A DNA stretch of 64,000 nt from a bacterium (GTDB taxonomy: Bacteria; UBA8248), in the NCBI GenBank assembly GCA_965199855.1, contig OZ241326.1, positions 2,176,001-2,240,000 of the forward strand. Direction: 5' to 3'. Shown in pieces: positions 61,187-64,000 of this stretch (its first letter is position 1; every line of letters starts with the position of its first letter). The notes under the pieces were generated by a model. That model searched no databases and was not told the DNA's origin. It saw only the letters and a list, made by a program, of their open reading frames with translations. The position numbers and the translations under genes were made by a program.

Positions 61187-62278
61187 TCACTCCCCCACGC
61201 AGAAGCTGAAGAATTCGTCGAACAGCGCGCCCGCGTCATGCGGGCCGGGGCGGGCCTCGGGGTGATACTGCACGCTGAAGACTTTGGGGGCGTCCGAGCG
61301 AAGCCCCTCGCAGGTTCCGTCGTTCAGGGAGGAATGCGTGACGGCGACGCCCGCCGGCAGGCTTTCGGGGTCCACGGCGAAGGAGTGGTTCTGGGAGGTG
61401 ATGGCCACCTTCCGCGTGGCCGCGTCCCGGACGGGGTGGTTCGCCCCGTGGTGGCCGAACTTGAGCTTGTAGGTTCTGCCGCCCAGCGCCCGGGCGAGGA
61501 TTTGATGCCCCAGGCAGATGCCCACGACGGGAACCCGGCCGATGATGCGCCGCGCGCTCTCGACGACGTAGCCGAGGGCGGCGGGGTCTCCCGGGCCGTT
61601 CGAGAGGAAAACGGCCGCGGGCCTCCTCGCCAGGACGCTGTCCGCCTCCTCGGAGGCCGGCACGACCTCCAGGTCGAACCTTCGGCTGAGCTCCCGGAAG
61701 ATGTTGTCCTTCGCGCCCAGGTCGTAGGCCACGCAGAGCGGGCGGCCCCTTCTCTCGCCGTAGGCGCGCGCGGCGGCGCAGGTCACGTCCTTCACCAGGT
61801 CGCGCCCGTCCAGCCCGGGGCTCTCCCTGGCGCGCCTGACGAGGCCGTCCTCGTCCGGCTCCCGCGTGGAGAGCGCGGCGCGCAGGGCGCCCGCCTCCCG
61901 GATGTGGCGCGTGAGCGCGCGGGTGTCCACGCCCTCGATGCCGGGGACGCCCTCCCTCTTCAGGTAGGCGTCCAGGCTCTCGCTCGCCCGGAAGTTGCTG
62001 TGCCGCCGGCAGACCTCCTTCACGATGAACGCCTCGACCCAGACGCGGCGGGATTCCCCGTCGCCCGGAATGACGCCGTAGTTCCCGACGTGGGGATAGG
62101 TCATCACCACCATCTGGCCGCGGTAGGAGGGATCGGTGAGCGTCTCCTGATAGCCCGTCATCGCCGTGTTGAAGACGAGCTCGCCCTCGGCGTCCGCCTC
62201 CGCCCCGAAGCCCGCGCCCCGGAAGACCCTGCCGTCCTCCAGCGCCAGGAGCGCCGGCCTGGCTTTTCGCCCCCTCAT
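61187..62278 (-). CDS. carA: Carbamoyl-phosphate synthase small subunit
   Basis: LALEDG, FNTAMTGYQE, SNGPGDP, GICLGHQ, QYHPEARPGPHD. Confidence 0.97.
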   Translation of the reverse strand: MRGRKARPALLALEDGRVFRGAGFGAEADAEGELVFNTAMTGYQETLTDPSYRGQMVVMTYPHVGNYGVIPGDGESRRVWVEAFIVKEVCRRHSNFRASESLDAYLKREGVPGIEGVDTRALTRHIREAGALRAALSTREPDEDGLVRRARESPGLDGRDLVKDVTCAAARAYGERRGRPLCVAYDLGAKDNIFRELSRRFDLEVVPASEEADSVLARRPAAVFLSNGPGDPAALGYVVESARRIIGRVPVVGICLGHQILARALGGRTYKLKFGHHGANHPVRDAATRKVAITSQNHSFAVDPESLPAGVAVTHSSLNDGTCEGLRSDAPKVFSVQYHPEARPGPHDAGALFDEFFSFCVGE

Positions 62279-63597
62279 GGCGCGAGCGCCCCCCGCGCGG
62301 AGATTCGGAGCTCCCCGTCGAGCCGGCTCATCCGCACCTCTCCGCCGACGACGGCGGCCGCGGCGCAGCCCCTGAGCCTCCAGCCCGCGAAGGGCGTGTT
62401 CCTGCCGCGGCTCTCGAAGGCGTCCGGCTCCACGACCACCTCGCGCGCGGGGTCGAGCAGGGTCGCGTCCCCGGGCGCGCCCTCCCGCAGGGTGCCGTAG
62501 GGCAGGCCCAGCGCCTCGCAGGGCCCGGTGGTGAACTTCGCTATCATCTCGGCGAGGGTGAGCGCGCCCGCGCCCACCAGCCTGTCCAGGGCGAGGGAGA
62601 CGGCCGTCTCCAGCCCCACGACGCCGAACGGCACGGCGTCGAACTCCCGCTGGGTCTCCGCCTCGTAGTGCGGGGCGTGGTCGGAGGCGATGACGGAGAT
62701 GGTCCCGTCCTTCAGGCCCTCCAGGAGCGCGCGCCTGTCCTCCTCGCCGCGGAGCGGAGGCGCCATCTTCGCGGAGGAGTCGAACCCGCGCGTCGCCTCG
62801 TCCGTGAGGGAGAAGTGGTGCGGCGTCGCCTCGCCCGTCACCCGGAGGCCGCGCGCCCGCGCCCGGCGAACCATGTCCACCGCGCCGGCGGAGGAGAGAT
62901 GCAGGAGGTGGAGCTTGCCCCCCGTCAGCTCCGCCAGCCGGATGTCCCGATAGACGCAGATGTCCTCGCTCGCCGCCGGGTTTCCGGCCAGGCCGAGCAT
63001 GGTGGACACCGCGCCCTCGTTCATCACCCGGCCGGCCGAAAGCGAGGCGTCCTCCGCGTGGTCGAGCACGCTCACCCCCAGCATTCCGGCGTATTCGAGC
63101 GCGGAGCGCATGAGCGCGGCCGTCCGCACCGGCACGCCGTCGTCGCTGAAGGCCACCGCGCCGGCCTCCACCTGCTCGGCCATCTCGCTCAGCGCCTCTC
63201 CCTCCAGCCCCACCGAAACCGAGCCGACGGGAAACACGCGGCACGCCCCCACCTCGCGCGCGCGCTTGAGGATGCGCTCGGTGATCGAACTCGTGTCGTT
63301 CACCGGGTCGGTGTTCGCCATGCACGCCACGCCGGTGAAGCCGCCGGCGGCCGCGGCGCGGGTGCCGCTTTCGATGTCCTCCTTGTATTCCTGCCCCGGC
63401 TCGCGGAAGTGGACGTGCATGTCGATGAAGCCGGGCGCCACGACGAGGCCCGCGGCGTCGAGCACCTCGTCCCCCTCGCGCGGGGCGATGCTCCTCTCCC
63501 TGCGCGCGACCCTGCCCTCCTCTATCAGGAGGTCGCTCTCCTCATCGACACCCTGGGAGGGATCGACGACGCGCCCGCCCTTAATGAGCAACGGCAT
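62275..63597 (-). CDS. pyrC: Dihydroorotase
   Basis: [47 protein letters not shown]. Confidence 0.96.
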   Translation of the reverse strand: MPLLIKGGRVVDPSQGVDEESDLLIEEGRVARRERSIAPREGDEVLDAAGLVVAPGFIDMHVHFREPGQEYKEDIESGTRAAAAGGFTGVACMANTDPVNDTSSITERILKRAREVGACRVFPVGSVSVGLEGEALSEMAEQVEAGAVAFSDDGVPVRTAALMRSALEYAGMLGVSVLDHAEDASLSAGRVMNEGAVSTMLGLAGNPAASEDICVYRDIRLAELTGGKLHLLHLSSAGAVDMVRRARARGLRVTGEATPHHFSLTDEATRGFDSSAKMAPPLRGEEDRRALLEGLKDGTISVIASDHAPHYEAETQREFDAVPFGVVGLETAVSLALDRLVGAGALTLAEMIAKFTTGPCEALGLPYGTLREGAPGDATLLDPAREVVVEPDAFESRGRNTPFAGWRLRGCAAAAVVGGEVRMSRLDGELRISARGALAP

Positions 63598-64000
63598 CCC
63601 GCGCCCCCCTTCGCGCCCTCTCCGGGGCGGCGTCCGCCTCCCCATCCGGCTCCGCCTCCTCCCGCTCCTCCTCCCTCCTGCCCGAGAGGAGATAGAGAAT
63701 CGCCATGCGGCAGGCGACCCCGTATTCGACCTGCTCCAGAATGACGGAGAAGGGGCCGTCGGCCACGTCGGGAGCCATCTCCACCCCCCGGTTGATCGGC
63801 CCCGGGTGCATGATGAGCAGGTCCCGCCCGGCGTCCCGCAGCTTCTTCCTGGTGATCCCGTAGGAGCTGGCGTATTCGCGCTCGCTGGGAAAGGCGCCGC
63901 CGGCACCCCTCTCCAGCTGGATTCTGAGGGCGATGAGGACGTCCGCCCCGTCAATCGCCTCGTCGATCCGCGTCGTCGCGCGCGCGCCCAGGCATTCGAC
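63581..64000 (-). CDS. pyrB: Aspartate carbamoyltransferase catalytic subunit (3' part; begins beyond the window)
   Basis: [31 protein letters not shown]; upstream of pyrC. Confidence 0.93.
   Translation of the reverse strand, partial: VECLGARATTRIDEAIDGADVLIALRIQLERGAGGAFPSEREYASSYGITRKKLRDAGRDLLIMHPGPINRGVEMAPDVADGPFSVILEQVEYGVACRMAILYLLSGRREEEREEAEPDGEADAAPERARRGARDAVAH

Overview
GC-rich bacterial chromosomal window, mostly housekeeping operons on the minus strand: tRNA-Leu(CAA); aromatic/translation block (pheA-hisC-tyrA-cmk-rpsA-ihfB-macro-miaA-aroK-aroC-nadX); trpEGDC; uvrA-truA; TCA block (icd-mdh-split fumarase-sucCD-ndk); lepA-lepB; pyrB(partial)-pyrC-carA-carB. Most notable accessory structure: (1) a ~722-bp near-perfect inverted repeat (49021-49742 / 55912-56633), each copy carrying a perfect parS palindrome and REP hairpins, bracketing a 6.2-kb plus-strand block (fsa to dgt) that may be invertible; (2) a 1223-aa autotransporter preceded by (CCGACTCA)x36 inside a short leader ORF, where repeat number mod 3 gives three translational outcomes, and flanked by REP-mosaic direct repeats; (3) a Type IIG/IIB-like restriction-modification locus whose nuclease-methyltransferase and specificity regions share one frame separated by a single TGA; (4) a trp attenuator with a 57-aa WPWR leader peptide coupled to an upstream coiled-coil gene; (5) a FYVE-like 8-Cys small protein and a truncated ankyrin remnant. 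All calls come from reading the sequence and recalled family motifs; no searches were run. A host-associated lifestyle is only an inference.
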